Positions 1 to 10,096 of a stretch of 58,736 nucleotides of DNA are shown here, piece by piece. The notes under the pieces were generated by a model, which saw only the letters and a list, made by a program, of their open reading frames with translations, made no database searches and was not told the origin of the DNA. The position numbers and the translations under genes were made by a program. The stretch's first letter is position 1. Each line of letters opens with the position of its first letter. The stretch comes from an uncultured Aquificales bacterium (lineage in GTDB: Bacteria; Thermosulfidibacterota; Thermosulfidibacteria; Thermosulfidibacterales; Thermosulfidibacteraceae), in the NCBI GenBank assembly GCA_964453345.1, contig CAYVOC010000002.1, forward strand, positions 27,424 through 86,159. Direction: 5' to 3'.

Positions 1-1455
1 TTAAAAGAAAGACTTCACAGACAGCTGGGCCAGATTTATCAGGGGATGGGGGTAGAGGCCCAAGGCTAAGGTCAAAACACCCAGGGCAAAGACCGCAAAC
101 TTCAAACCGGCCCCTGCCACAAAGGGCTCATCAACCTCAGGATTCTCCATATACATAACCTTGGCTATCTTAAAGTAGTAGTAAAGCGATATCACCGAAT
201 TCAAAACAGCTATGACCACAAGCCAGTAGAACCCGGCCTTCACGGCAGCGGAAAAGAGCAAAAATTTGCCCACAAATCCCACAGTAGGTGGAATACCCGT
301 AAGGGAAAGCAGAAAGATAACCATCACCAGAGCAAGCATGGGATGCACCTGGGCAAGACCCTTGAAATCCTCTATCTCGTCCCCCGCTATACCCTTGCGC
401 CTGAGGTATATAACCGTTGCAAAGGCGCCCACATTCATCAAACAGTAGGCGAAGAAATAGAAGATCAGGGCAGCCAACCCCACCTTGTTATAGGCAAGTA
501 TTCCCAAAAGCATGTAACCAGCATGGGCGATGGAGGAATAGGCCAAAAGCCTCTTCACATTGTTCTGAAGGACAGCCGTGACATTTCCTATGGTCATGGT
601 GAGGGCCGCAACAAGCCACAGGATCTGCTGCCAGTAGGGGGCCATAAGGTTAAAGGCCTCAACATAGATCCTGAAAAGGGCCGCTATTGCCGCGATCTTG
701 GGAGCAACGGATATAAAGGCGGTAACGGATGTGGGAGCACCCTCATAAACATCCGGCGCCCAGAAATGGAAGGGAGCCATGGCTATCTCAAGTCCAAGAC
801 CGGCCGCAACGAGCAAAACGGCGGCCCCAAGAACCGGATTCTTAAGCCCATGCATGGTAATGTATTTGGAAACATCCTTCAGGTTGGTGCTGCCCACAAC
901 CCCGTAAACAAGGGCGATTCCGTAGAGGAAGATGCCTGATATGAAAACTCCCATCAGGAAATACTTCAAGGCCGCCTCGGCACTTTTATCGGTCATCTTG
1001 GTGAATCCGGCAAGCACATAGACAGACAGGGCCATGGTCTCAAGCCCGAGATAGACCATTATAAGATCATTGGCCGAGGCCATTATCATCATGCCCACGG
1101 TGGCAAAGATCAGAAGGGCGTAATACTCACCAAGGCTCACATTCTCCAGCTCGAGATACCTTAAAGATATCAGTATAACCACAACCGCTGTAAGCAGAAA
1201 CAGCTCTTTAAGGACAACGGCAAAGGGATCAAGGATAAACATGCCGGAGAAGGTTACAACCTTCTCGTTTATATAACCAAAGGTAACAACCCCGACAATC
1301 ACACAGCCAACTAAGGCTGCTATCCCCACAAGTCTCTTTCTATCCTTGGGAACAAAAAGGTCGAACATCAAAAGGAAACACGCCAGCGCAGTTGCCAGTA
1401 TCTCCGGAACTATAGCCGAAAGATTCGGAACAGGAACATTTATCACAGTGTTCAT
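1..1455 (-). CDS. nuoN: NADH-quinone oxidoreductase subunit N
   Basis: Hydrophobic antiporter-like subunit; motifs EAALKYFL, PFHFWAPDVYEGAP, KRLLAYSSIAHAGY; last gene of the nuo operon in the window. Confidence 0.97.
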   Translation of the reverse strand: MNTVINVPVPNLSAIVPEILATALACFLLMFDLFVPKDRKRLVGIAALVGCVIVGVVTFGYINEKVVTFSGMFILDPFAVVLKELFLLTAVVVILISLRYLELENVSLGEYYALLIFATVGMMIMASANDLIMVYLGLETMALSVYVLAGFTKMTDKSAEAALKYFLMGVFISGIFLYGIALVYGVVGSTNLKDVSKYITMHGLKNPVLGAAVLLVAAGLGLEIAMAPFHFWAPDVYEGAPTSVTAFISVAPKIAAIAALFRIYVEAFNLMAPYWQQILWLVAALTMTIGNVTAVLQNNVKRLLAYSSIAHAGYMLLGILAYNKVGLAALIFYFFAYCLMNVGAFATVIYLRRKGIAGDEIEDFKGLAQVHPMLALVMVIFLLSLTGIPPTVGFVGKFLLFSAAVKAGFYWLVVIAVLNSVISLYYYFKIAKVMYMENPEVDEPFVAGAGLKFAVFALGVLTLALGLYPHPLINLAQLSVKSFF

Positions 1456-1467
1456 CCTCTCACCCCC

Positions 1468-3084
1468 TTAGTCCACAAGCCCCTCATTGGCCTCTCTTGC
1501 AGCAAGCTTCACTCCCCCCTCTATCAGCTTCTTCACCTTGGCCTCATGCTCGGCCTTCTTCTGGAAGTATTCGGGATTGACCTGCTCAACCACATGCTTG
1601 ACCGAAACCTCCATCATCTTGAAGAAGGGCTTGGGATAGATACCTATCCAGATGAAGCAGATAACAAGAGGAGTCATATACACCCACTCCCTGAGGGTCA
1701 TATCCTTAAGGTGCTTGTTCTCCTCCTTGGTTATGGTTCCAAACATGGTCCTCTGGTATAGCCAGAGCATGTAAGAGGCTCCAAGAATAACACCTGTGGC
1801 GGCAAAGGCGGCATACTTCCAGTTGGTCTTAAACACACCGGCAAGGCAGGTGAATTCACCGATAAATCCGTTCAGACCGGGAAGACCAATGGAAGAGAGC
1901 ATGGCAAACATGAAGAAGGTGGCGAAGGCAGGCATAACCTTGGATATACCGCCGTATTCCTTTATGAGCCTGGTATGCCTTCTCTCATATATGATACCCA
2001 CGATAAGGAACAAGGCGCCTGTGGAAAGCCCGTGGTTTATCATCTGAAGGATGCTTCCCTCAATGGCGGTGGGATTGAGCATGAACATTGCAAGCATAAC
2101 AAGACCCATGTGGGAAACCGAGGAGTAGGCCACAAGCTTCTTCATGTCCTCCTGGGCAAGGGCACACAAGGCTCCGTAGATAATGGCTATTATGGATAGA
2201 ACGGCAACCAAGGGCACGAAGAACTTGGTGGCTGTGGGGAAGAAGGGCAGTGAAAACCTCAAGAAACCGTAGGTTCCCATCTTCAGCAGGACACCGGCAA
2301 GGATGACTGAACCGGCGGTCGGCGCCTCAACGTGGGCATCGGGCAACCATGTGTGGAAGGGCCACAGGGGCACCTTTATGGCAAATCCTAAGAAGAAGGC
2401 CAAGAAGAACCAGAACTGATACTTCAAGGGAAGTCCCGACAGAACATGGACCCACTTAACATAGTTGAAGGACCACTCCCCGGTCTTGGAGTGGTATAGG
2501 AAATACATGGCGATTATGGCAACGAGCATGAACAGAGAACCGAACAGGGTATAAAGGAAGAACTTTATGGCAGCGTAAAGCTTTCTCGGCCCACCCCATA
2601 TACCGATGATGAAATACATGGGAACCAGCATAACTTCCCAGAAGACATAGAAGAGGAACATATCAAGGGCGCAGAAAACTCCCATCATTCCCGTTTCAAG
2701 AACCAGCAGGGCAATATAGTATTCCTTCTCCCTCTCCTGTATGTAGTTGAAGGAGCAAAGCACAGCTATGGCGGAAAGGAAGGTGGTCAAAAGAACAAGC
2801 AGAACAGAGATACCATCGATACCGAAGTAATACTCAACGCCCAGCTTCTTTATCCAGACAAATCTCTCAACGAACTGGAAGTGCCAGGTGGATCTGTCAA
2901 ACTTAAACCAGATTATGATGGAGACGAGAAAGTTTATCAAAGCTACTATAAAGGCAAACCATTTGATGAAGTTCACCTTTTCTCTGTTCACGAACAGCAG
3001 AATCACAGCGCCCAGCAACGGGAAATAGGTCAAGAAGGAAAGCAACGGGAAGTTTAAGACATTTGTCCCAAAGTGCAGCTCCAT
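1468..3084 (-). CDS. nuoM: NADH-quinone oxidoreductase subunit M
   Basis: FWEVMLVPMYFIIGIWG, PFHTWLPDAHVEAPT, LLKMGTYG, AYSSVSHMG. Confidence 0.97.
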   Translation of the reverse strand: MELHFGTNVLNFPLLSFLTYFPLLGAVILLFVNREKVNFIKWFAFIVALINFLVSIIIWFKFDRSTWHFQFVERFVWIKKLGVEYYFGIDGISVLLVLLTTFLSAIAVLCSFNYIQEREKEYYIALLVLETGMMGVFCALDMFLFYVFWEVMLVPMYFIIGIWGGPRKLYAAIKFFLYTLFGSLFMLVAIIAMYFLYHSKTGEWSFNYVKWVHVLSGLPLKYQFWFFLAFFLGFAIKVPLWPFHTWLPDAHVEAPTAGSVILAGVLLKMGTYGFLRFSLPFFPTATKFFVPLVAVLSIIAIIYGALCALAQEDMKKLVAYSSVSHMGLVMLAMFMLNPTAIEGSILQMINHGLSTGALFLIVGIIYERRHTRLIKEYGGISKVMPAFATFFMFAMLSSIGLPGLNGFIGEFTCLAGVFKTNWKYAAFAATGVILGASYMLWLYQRTMFGTITKEENKHLKDMTLREWVYMTPLVICFIWIGIYPKPFFKMMEVSVKHVVEQVNPEYFQKKAEHEAKVKKLIEGGVKLAAREANEGLVD

Positions 3085-3108
3085 GGGTCAATCCTCCTCA
3101 CACATTTT

Positions 3109-5103
3109 TTAGAAAAATCTCGCAAAGACATATATGCTGAACAGGCCGAAAAGCCCTGCTGCCACAAAAGCCATGTAGTGGGAAACCACTCCGGTCTGAA
3201 GCCTCCGCAAAACCCTGGCGGTGAGATCAACCACATAGGAAGCACCGTTTACAGCACCATCCACCACGAAGGGCTCCGTGCAGTATCTGGTAACCCAGGC
3301 CAAGCCCCTGGCCAAATAGGCCGCTCCGTTGACAATGCCGTCGATGATGAACTGATCAAACTTCCAAGAGACATAGGCAAGATCAAGGAGTCTATTGATG
3401 AACAGGGCAAAGTATATCTCATCAACATAGTATTTGCGGTAAAGCACCCTGTGAATGAGCCACATCTTGGGCAGAAGCTTTTCGGGATCGATAAGTCTTT
3501 TGAGGTGAACGATGTAAGCGATAAGAATTCCCGTCAACCCCACCGCAACGGATATGGCTATCAGAGCCCAGGCAGGAATAACCTCGGCATGCTCGGCAGC
3601 ATGGGCAAGATGCTCATGCCCATGATGGGCCGCATGGATCACAGGGGCAAGAAACTCGGCGAAGTAGGACTCCCCATGCCCGCTCTTTAGTCCAAAGAAT
3701 CCGACAGTGGCGGAACCTATGGCCAGAACTATAAGAGGAATGGTCATCACCTTGGGAGACTCGTGGAGATGATGCTTTATCTTCTCCGGTATGCGCTCCT
3801 TACCGAAGAAGGTCATAAATATGGCCCTGAAGGTGTAGTAGGCGGTGATGCCGGCCGTAAGGGTTCCCAAGAACCACAAGAAGTAATGGCCCGTGGTGAA
3901 GGCGTGGTGCAGTATCTCATCCTTGGACCAGAATCCGGCAAAGGGCGGTATACCAGACAGGGCAAGACCACCCACAATGAAGGTGGCAGCCGTTATGGGC
4001 ATGTATTTCTTAAGATTACCCATAAGCCTCATGTCGAGCACATCGCTCATGGCGTGCATAACGCTACCGGCAGAAAGGAAGAGCAACCCCTTGAAGAAGG
4101 CATGGGTCATGAGGTGGAAGACACCGGCGGCATAGGCTCCCACACCGCAGCCCAAAAACATGTATCCGAGCTGGGAAACGGTTGAGTAGGCCAGAACCCT
4201 CTTCAGATCAAACTGGCTTGTGCCGATGGTTCCGGCAAAGAAGGCGGTAAGACATCCGACAACGGCCACGACCTCCAGGGAGAGGGGTGCCATGTTATAC
4301 AGGATATTGGAACGGGCAACCATGTAAACACCTGATGTAACCATGGTAGCAGCGTGGATCAGAGCGGAAACGGGAGTGGGACCCTCCATGGCATCGGGCA
4401 ACCACACATACAGGGGAATCTGAGCCGACTTTCCGGTGGCACCCATGAAGAGACAAAGGGTGGCTATGGTCACCACTTCCGGAGAAAGGTGATGGGCCTT
4501 CTCAAAGACTTCCTTGAAGTCCAAGCTACCCAGATAATACCAGAGGGTAAACATACCTAAGATAAAGAAGGCATCGCCAACCCTGTTGGTGATGAAGGCC
4601 TTCATTCCGGCCTTCCAGGCTGACTCCCTCTCATACCAGAAACCTATGAGCAGGTAGGAACAGAGACCAACGCCCTCCCATCCAACGAAGAGCAGAAGAT
4701 AGGAGCTTCCAAGAACGAGAATAAGCATGAAGAAGACGAACATGTTGAGATAGGTGAAATACCTGGGATAACCAGGATCATGCCCCATGTAACCTATGGA
4801 GTAGACATGAATGAAGAAGGAGAGGGTGGTAACCACCATCAGCATAACAGCTGTAAGCTGATCAACCCAGAAGGCAACCTTTACATGAACATCCGGGGTT
4901 ACGATCCAATCCCAGAGAACAACCTCCCCGGTATGCCCATGAAGAACATCTATGAAGACCAGAATGGCGGTAAGCCACGCAAGCCCTAAAGCCGGAACGG
5001 CTATAAGGTGAGCCCTCTTCTTTATATACTTAACCCCGAACAGACCGTTTATGGTGAAACCCAAAAGCGGGAAAAGCGGAACCAGCCACACATACTTGAT
5101 CAT
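3109..5103 (-). CDS. nuoL: NADH-quinone oxidoreductase subunit L (extended lateral helix)
   Basis: GWEGVGLCSYLLIGFW, GKSAQIPLYVWLPDAMEGPTPVSALIHAATMV, C-terminal LQTG. Confidence 0.97.
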   Translation of the reverse strand: MIKYVWLVPLFPLLGFTINGLFGVKYIKKRAHLIAVPALGLAWLTAILVFIDVLHGHTGEVVLWDWIVTPDVHVKVAFWVDQLTAVMLMVVTTLSFFIHVYSIGYMGHDPGYPRYFTYLNMFVFFMLILVLGSSYLLLFVGWEGVGLCSYLLIGFWYERESAWKAGMKAFITNRVGDAFFILGMFTLWYYLGSLDFKEVFEKAHHLSPEVVTIATLCLFMGATGKSAQIPLYVWLPDAMEGPTPVSALIHAATMVTSGVYMVARSNILYNMAPLSLEVVAVVGCLTAFFAGTIGTSQFDLKRVLAYSTVSQLGYMFLGCGVGAYAAGVFHLMTHAFFKGLLFLSAGSVMHAMSDVLDMRLMGNLKKYMPITAATFIVGGLALSGIPPFAGFWSKDEILHHAFTTGHYFLWFLGTLTAGITAYYTFRAIFMTFFGKERIPEKIKHHLHESPKVMTIPLIVLAIGSATVGFFGLKSGHGESYFAEFLAPVIHAAHHGHEHLAHAAEHAEVIPAWALIAISVAVGLTGILIAYIVHLKRLIDPEKLLPKMWLIHRVLYRKYYVDEIYFALFINRLLDLAYVSWKFDQFIIDGIVNGAAYLARGLAWVTRYCTEPFVVDGAVNGASYVVDLTARVLRRLQTGVVSHYMAFVAAGLFGLFSIYVFARFF

Positions 5104-5113
5104 AGCGCCCTCC

Positions 5114-5416
5114 TCACCACTTCAACAGATTGAAGGAGTCTATGTTAACACTGAGCCTGTTTCTGAATATAGAGACCACTATGGCAAGGCCCACCGCAGC
5201 CTCACCCGCAGCAACAGTTATAACAAATATGGCCATTATCTGCCCGGCAACACTCCCCAGATGGGAAGCAAGCCCTATAAAGGCGATATTCACGGCATTC
5301 AACATAAGCTCTATGCCCATCAGCACTATAAAGACATTCCTCCTGCCCAAGGCCCCAAAAAGCCCTATGGCAAACATTAAGAAGGAGTATATCAGCACAT
5401 GGTTCAAGGGTATCAT
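5114..5416 (-). CDS. nuoK: NADH-quinone oxidoreductase subunit K
   Basis: 100 aa; [20 protein letters not shown]. Confidence 0.97.
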   Translation of the reverse strand: MIPLNHVLIYSFLMFAIGLFGALGRRNVFIVLMGIELMLNAVNIAFIGLASHLGSVAGQIMAIFVITVAAGEAAVGLAIVVSIFRNRLSVNIDSFNLLKW

Positions 5417-5419
5417 GGC

Positions 5420-5938
5420 CTACCTCTCCAGCTTGTTTTTGGCAAGAACTATAGCGCCAACCATGGCAGCAAGCAAAAGAACGGATGCCACCTCAAAGGG
5501 GAACAGATACTTGGTATAGAGAAGGGCACCTATACCCTCTGTGTTTCCGCCGTATTTGGCCGCCTCAGCCGCAACAGCTCCTGCCGTCTTGCCTGAAAAG
5601 CCCACATAGGCTATGGCGGCGAACTGGGCGAAAAGCAGAAAGGCCAAAAAGGCTGCTATTATCCTTTGCCCCATGTCCGGCTTCAGCTTGTCCGTCTCCC
5701 CGGCCTTAACCAGCATGATCACATACAGCATCAATCCCACAACTCCACCCGCATAGACGAGCACCTGGATAGCCGCCAGAAGCTCCGCCTTCAGCAGGAC
5801 AAAGACAGCGGCCATGAAGAAGAAGGTTATTATAAGACATATGGCCGAGTGAACCGGATTACGCCTGGTCACCACCAAAAGGGCAAATATCAGGGACAAA
5901 GCGGCAAATATATAGAAGAAGATCTGTGTTGAACCCAT
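5420..5938 (-). CDS. nuoJ: NADH-quinone oxidoreductase subunit J
   Basis: [24 protein letters not shown]. Confidence 0.96.
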   Translation of the reverse strand: MGSTQIFFYIFAALSLIFALLVVTRRNPVHSAICLIITFFFMAAVFVLLKAELLAAIQVLVYAGGVVGLMLYVIMLVKAGETDKLKPDMGQRIIAAFLAFLLFAQFAAIAYVGFSGKTAGAVAAEAAKYGGNTEGIGALLYTKYLFPFEVASVLLLAAMVGAIVLAKNKLER

Positions 5939-5950
5939 CCTACTCCCCCT

Positions 5951-6391
5951 TCACTTCTTGAAAGTCCTTTCCCACTTCTTATAGTCCTCGGTGAGCTTGT
6001 CTATATCAAACTTAAACCAGTCTCTCTTATAGGTGGCACCCTCATAGAAGGTGGTCGTTTCAAGGGCGTTAACCGGACATATCTCCACGCAGAAGGCGCA
6101 ATATATGCACCTTGAAAAATCTATGTTGAACTCAACCGGATGCCTCTCCTTGCCCTTGCCCTCACCCTTCAGGCTTATACACTGGGCCGGACAAACCCTG
6201 GCGCACTGACCACAGGCTATACACTTAAAGGACCCATCCTCGTTCTTCACAAGCCTTATGAAACCGCGGAATCTGGGAAAGGGTTCCAGCTTCTCCTTGG
6301 GATACTGGACGGTTATGGGCTTGGTAAAGAAGTAGTGCAATGTTCTTCTCAAACCGGTTATCAGATCCTTCATCAAGACCTTGGCAACCAT
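5951..6391 (-). CDS. nuoI: NADH-quinone oxidoreductase subunit I (2x[4Fe-4S])
   Basis: Two CxxCxxCxxxCP motifs; TVQYP...RFRG. Confidence 0.97.
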   Translation of the reverse strand: MVAKVLMKDLITGLRRTLHYFFTKPITVQYPKEKLEPFPRFRGFIRLVKNEDGSFKCIACGQCARVCPAQCISLKGEGKGKERHPVEFNIDFSRCIYCAFCVEICPVNALETTTFYEGATYKRDWFKFDIDKLTEDYKKWERTFKK

Positions 6392-6401
6392 CGGCTCCTC
6401 C

Positions 6402-7352
6402 TCACACCAGCATCATCACAATGCCTGTAACAAGGATGTTGGCCAGCACTATGGGCAACATGATCTTCCAACCTATCCTCATAAACTGATCATACCTGTA
6501 TCTCGGGAAGGTAGCCCTGACCCATATGAAGAAGAAGACGAAGATGAACATCTTTATAAGGAACCAGAGCCATCCCGGAAGTATGGGACCCTTCCAGCCC
6601 GCAAGGAAAACTATGGTGGCGATGGCGGAAACTATCAGCATATTCGCATATTCAGCCAGGAAGAAGTAGGCAAACTTCATGCCGCTATACTCGGTATGGA
6701 AACCAGCGACCAGCTCCGATTCAGCCTCGGGCAGGTCAAAGGGAACCCTGTTGATCTCACCCAAGGCAGCTATAATGTAGATGACAAAGGCCACAGGCTG
6801 ATAAACGATCAAAGGAACCTTCTGAACCTCAACTATCTTAGCGAGATCAAGGGATCCGGCTATCATAAGAGGGCCTATGAGAGAAAAGCCGAGAAATATC
6901 TCATAGGAGAACATCTGGGCCGCGGATCTCAGCCCTCCCAAGAGGGAGTATTTGCTACCGGAGGACCACCCGGCAAGGATTATACCCATAACGCCAACCG
7001 AGGCAATGGAAAGAATGTAAAGAAGACTTATGTTCACTCTGGTTATCATGAAATTCTTGTCTATGGGAATAACCGCAATAAGTGGCAAGGCGCACACCAA
7101 ACAGAGTATAGGCGCAAAGTAGAAGGTAAGCCTGTAGGCCTCGGTGGGAACTATATCCTCCTTGAAGAAGAGCTTCAAACCGTCGGCTATGGGTTGAAGC
7201 AAACCATGGGGACCAACCCTCATGGGCCCCATTCTCACCTGCATGTGTCCTATAACCTTCCTTTCCAGATAGGTGAGATAGGCCACAAAGAGCAGAGTGA
7301 TAACAAAAACCACTATGATTCTTAAAAGAGCAAGCCCGATGTCATGCCACAT
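6402..7352 (-). CDS. nuoH: NADH-quinone oxidoreductase subunit H
   Basis: [49 protein letters not shown]. Confidence 0.98.
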   Translation of the reverse strand: MWHDIGLALLRIIVVFVITLLFVAYLTYLERKVIGHMQVRMGPMRVGPHGLLQPIADGLKLFFKEDIVPTEAYRLTFYFAPILCLVCALPLIAVIPIDKNFMITRVNISLLYILSIASVGVMGIILAGWSSGSKYSLLGGLRSAAQMFSYEIFLGFSLIGPLMIAGSLDLAKIVEVQKVPLIVYQPVAFVIYIIAALGEINRVPFDLPEAESELVAGFHTEYSGMKFAYFFLAEYANMLIVSAIATIVFLAGWKGPILPGWLWFLIKMFIFVFFFIWVRATFPRYRYDQFMRIGWKIMLPIVLANILVTGIVMMLV

Positions 7353-7361
7353 CTTCGCCTC

Positions 7362-8552
7362 CTACCTGTCAACCTCACCAAGCACTATGTCTATGCTTCC
7401 TATGGCGGCTATAACGTCCGCCACCATGTGTCCCTTAACAAGCTCCGGCAAAGCGATAAGATTGGCAAAAGAGGGTGTTCTGATCTTCAACCTGTAGGGT
7501 CTGGTCGAACCATCCGAAACGATATAATACCCCAGCTCTCCCTTGGGAGCCTCGGTGGCCATGTAAACCTCACCAGCAGGCGGCTTTATCACCTTGGGGA
7601 CCTTGGCCATGACGGGGCCTTCCGTCTTTTCAAGATACTCGACGCACTGCTTCACTATCTTGCAGGACTCAAGCATCTCCTTGCGCCTGACAAGATACCT
7701 GGCGTAAACATCGCACCCATCAAAGACCGCCACCTCAAAGTCCAGCTCGGGATAGACAGAATAGGGCTGATTGCGCCTCAGATCCCAGTTCACACCGGAA
7801 CCCCTCAAGCTCGGACCGGAAAGCCCAAGGGCCTTTGCCTTCTCAGCGGATATCTTGGATATGTTCACCGTTCTGGAGAGCCATATACGGTTGGAATAGA
7901 GCAGATCGTCGTAGTCCTTCACCCTTGAGGGGAATATCTCGCAGAACTCCTTAACCCTATCGAGAAAACCCTCGGGCAAATCGGCAGCCACACCACCTAT
8001 CCTGTAGAAAGAGGTGATGAGCCTTCCTCCCGTAAGCATCTCAAACATATCGAGAATCATTTCCCTTTCACGGAAACAGTAGAGGAAGACGGTCATGGCA
8101 CCGATATCAAGGGCGTGGGTTGCAAGCCAGAGAAGGTGGCTTGAAATCCTGGCAAGCTCGGCCAGCAAAACCCTTATGTATTCTGCCCTTTTCGGAACCT
8201 CTATACCCATGAGCTTCTCAACGGCCAGAACGTATCCAAAGTTCATGGCGGGAGACGCCAAGTAATCCAGCCTGTCGGTCAAAGGTATTATCTGGTGGTA
8301 GGTCCTGGCCTCTGCGAGCTTCTCGGTTCCTCTGTGAAGGTATCCTATGACAACCTCCGTATCAACGATCCTTTCACCCTGAAGCGACAGGATCAAACGC
8401 AGCACTCCGTGGGTGGAGGGGTGTTGAGGACCCATATTCACCCAGAGATCCTGGGTCTTTATAGTCTCCCTCATCAAATCATCTTCAACCTGACCGAGGG
8501 AAGTGCCCTTAGCCATAAGCTCCTTGAACTGCTGCTCCTCCTTCACGGCCAT
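7362..8552 (-). CDS. nuoD: NADH-quinone oxidoreductase subunit D
   Basis: NMGPQHPSTHGVLRL, GYLHRGTEK, DRLDY, DIVLGEVDR; no NiFe CxxC ligands; start moved to ATG 8552 behind a GAGGAG SD. Confidence 0.97.
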   Translation of the reverse strand: MAVKEEQQFKELMAKGTSLGQVEDDLMRETIKTQDLWVNMGPQHPSTHGVLRLILSLQGERIVDTEVVIGYLHRGTEKLAEARTYHQIIPLTDRLDYLASPAMNFGYVLAVEKLMGIEVPKRAEYIRVLLAELARISSHLLWLATHALDIGAMTVFLYCFREREMILDMFEMLTGGRLITSFYRIGGVAADLPEGFLDRVKEFCEIFPSRVKDYDDLLYSNRIWLSRTVNISKISAEKAKALGLSGPSLRGSGVNWDLRRNQPYSVYPELDFEVAVFDGCDVYARYLVRRKEMLESCKIVKQCVEYLEKTEGPVMAKVPKVIKPPAGEVYMATEAPKGELGYYIVSDGSTRPYRLKIRTPSFANLIALPELVKGHMVADVIAAIGSIDIVLGEVDR

Positions 8553-8563
8553 GACCACGCTCC

Positions 8564-9148
8564 TCAAAGCTTGTTATAGTAAGGCAAGTGCTCTCTGAGC
8601 CACTTCTCCCTGTATCCGGGAGGCCCCTCCAAGGGATAATCCTTCCTGAGAGGATGCCCCTCCCAATCCTCCGGCAGCAGAATTCTCCTCAGATCCGGAT
8701 GGTTTGCAAACCTTATTCCAAGCATGTCAAAGGCTTCCCTCTCAAACCAGTTGGCAGAGGGCCAGACCTCGCATACGCTCGGGACCTCTTCGTCCTCGGC
8801 TAAAGAGACCTTCAACCTCACCCTTTTGGCATGGGGAATGGAAAGCAGGTTATAGACCACCTCAAGGGGCTTTTCCCTCTTGGGATAGTGAACGCCACAA
8901 AGATCCGCCAAGTAATCGTATTTCAAGTCTTCATCGTCCCTGAGAAGCTTGCACACATCCACTATAAACTCCTTCTTTATCCTCAAACACAGGCAATCAC
9001 AGTGGAGTTCAGCCTCCTCTATAGCCTCCGGGAATTTAGACTTCACCTTCCTGTATTCGGGAAACTTGTTGAAATCCACCTTGGGTTTTTCCTGCTGCTC
9101 CTCTTTGGGTTTCTCCACCTTCTTAGCCTTGGGCTTCTCCTCAGCCAT
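8564..9148 (-). CDS. nuoC: NADH-quinone oxidoreductase subunit C
   Basis: [41 protein letters not shown]. Confidence 0.97.
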   Translation of the reverse strand: MAEEKPKAKKVEKPKEEQQEKPKVDFNKFPEYRKVKSKFPEAIEEAELHCDCLCLRIKKEFIVDVCKLLRDDEDLKYDYLADLCGVHYPKREKPLEVVYNLLSIPHAKRVRLKVSLAEDEEVPSVCEVWPSANWFEREAFDMLGIRFANHPDLRRILLPEDWEGHPLRKDYPLEGPPGYREKWLREHLPYYNKL

Positions 9149-9151
9149 CTG

Positions 9152-9628
9152 CTACCTCCTGAGCACCTTTTCCTGGAAGATCTTCTCCTGAAGCCTTACC
9201 ACACCATACATGAGACCTTCAGGTCTGGGAGGACAACCGGGAACATACACATCCACCGGAACTATCTTATCCACCCCCTGAACCACATGGTAGGTGTTGT
9301 AGATACCCCCAGAATTGGCACAGGAACCCATAGATATAACCCACCTGGGCTCAGGCATCTGATCGTAAACCTTCCTCAGCACCGGAGCCATTTTGAGGGT
9401 AAGGGTTCCGGCGACAATCATCACATCGGACTGTCTGGGAGTGGCCCTGAAGATAACACCGAACCTGTCAAAGTCAAAGCGGGACGCACCCGCCGCCATC
9501 ATCTCAATGGCGCAACAGGCAAGACCAAAGGTCATGGGCCAAAGGGATGACGCCCTGGCCCAGTTAACAACCTTGTCAATCACCTCAAAAAGCTTGTTAT
9601 CCGGCAAGCTCCTCTCTATCACTCCCAT
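9152..9628 (-). CDS. nuoB: NADH-quinone oxidoreductase subunit B
   Basis: [26 protein letters not shown] (N2 cluster ligands). Confidence 0.98.
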   Translation of the reverse strand: MGVIERSLPDNKLFEVIDKVVNWARASSLWPMTFGLACCAIEMMAAGASRFDFDRFGVIFRATPRQSDVMIVAGTLTLKMAPVLRKVYDQMPEPRWVISMGSCANSGGIYNTYHVVQGVDKIVPVDVYVPGCPPRPEGLMYGVVRLQEKIFQEKVLRR

Positions 9629-9984
9629 TCCAACGCTCCTTTCGCCCAGGCATAGATATATCCAATAAGAAGAATCACAATAAACAGAAACATTTCAACA
9701 AAACCCCAGAGGCCAAGCTTCTTATACATGGCCGCCCAGGGATACATGAAAACCGCTTCAACATCAAAGAGCAAAAAGAGCAGGATTATCACAAAGAACC
9801 TGATAGGAACCCTGACCTTGGCGGGCATAAGGGGATTGATACCACATTCATAGGCGGAGAGCTTCTCATCATAGGGCTTATTCGGCCTGACCAGATAGGA
9901 AACGATAAGGGTAACGACACCAAATGCAATAGCAAGCACAAAAAGGATCAAAACTGGAACATACGGACTTATGTGCTGATACAT
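9619..9984 (-). CDS. nuoA: NADH-quinone oxidoreductase subunit A
   Basis: [26 protein letters not shown]. Confidence 0.97.
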   Translation of the reverse strand: MYQHISPYVPVLILFVLAIAFGVVTLIVSYLVRPNKPYDEKLSAYECGINPLMPAKVRVPIRFFVIILLFLLFDVEAVFMYPWAAMYKKLGLWGFVEMFLFIVILLIGYIYAWAKGALEWE

Positions 9985-10025
9985 GGCTCACCCTCCCACA
10001 AGATGCCGTTTAGCCTGTTAGCACA

Positions 10026-10043
10026 TTGTGATATTCTTTGCAA
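10026..10043. promoter_or_regulatory. Possible Rex-type operator upstream of the nuo operon
   Basis: TTGTGATATTCTTTGCAA vs Rex consensus TTGTGAA-N4-TTCACAA (11/14 conserved positions), about 40 nt upstream of nuoA. Confidence 0.35.
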
Positions 10044-10096
10044 GCACAAGCTTCCACCTATTCACCAAAAGCCGTTTGATATTTTCAAAACAGGAA

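Noticed and set aside
3586-3640. His-rich loop in NuoL (HAAHHGHEHLAHAAEH)
   Set aside because: His-rich loops at this position are common in NuoL proteins
7362-9628. Group 4 [NiFe]-hydrogenase interpretation of nuoBCD
   Set aside because: The large subunit lacks both CxxC motifs, and NuoB has the adjacent CC typical of complex I
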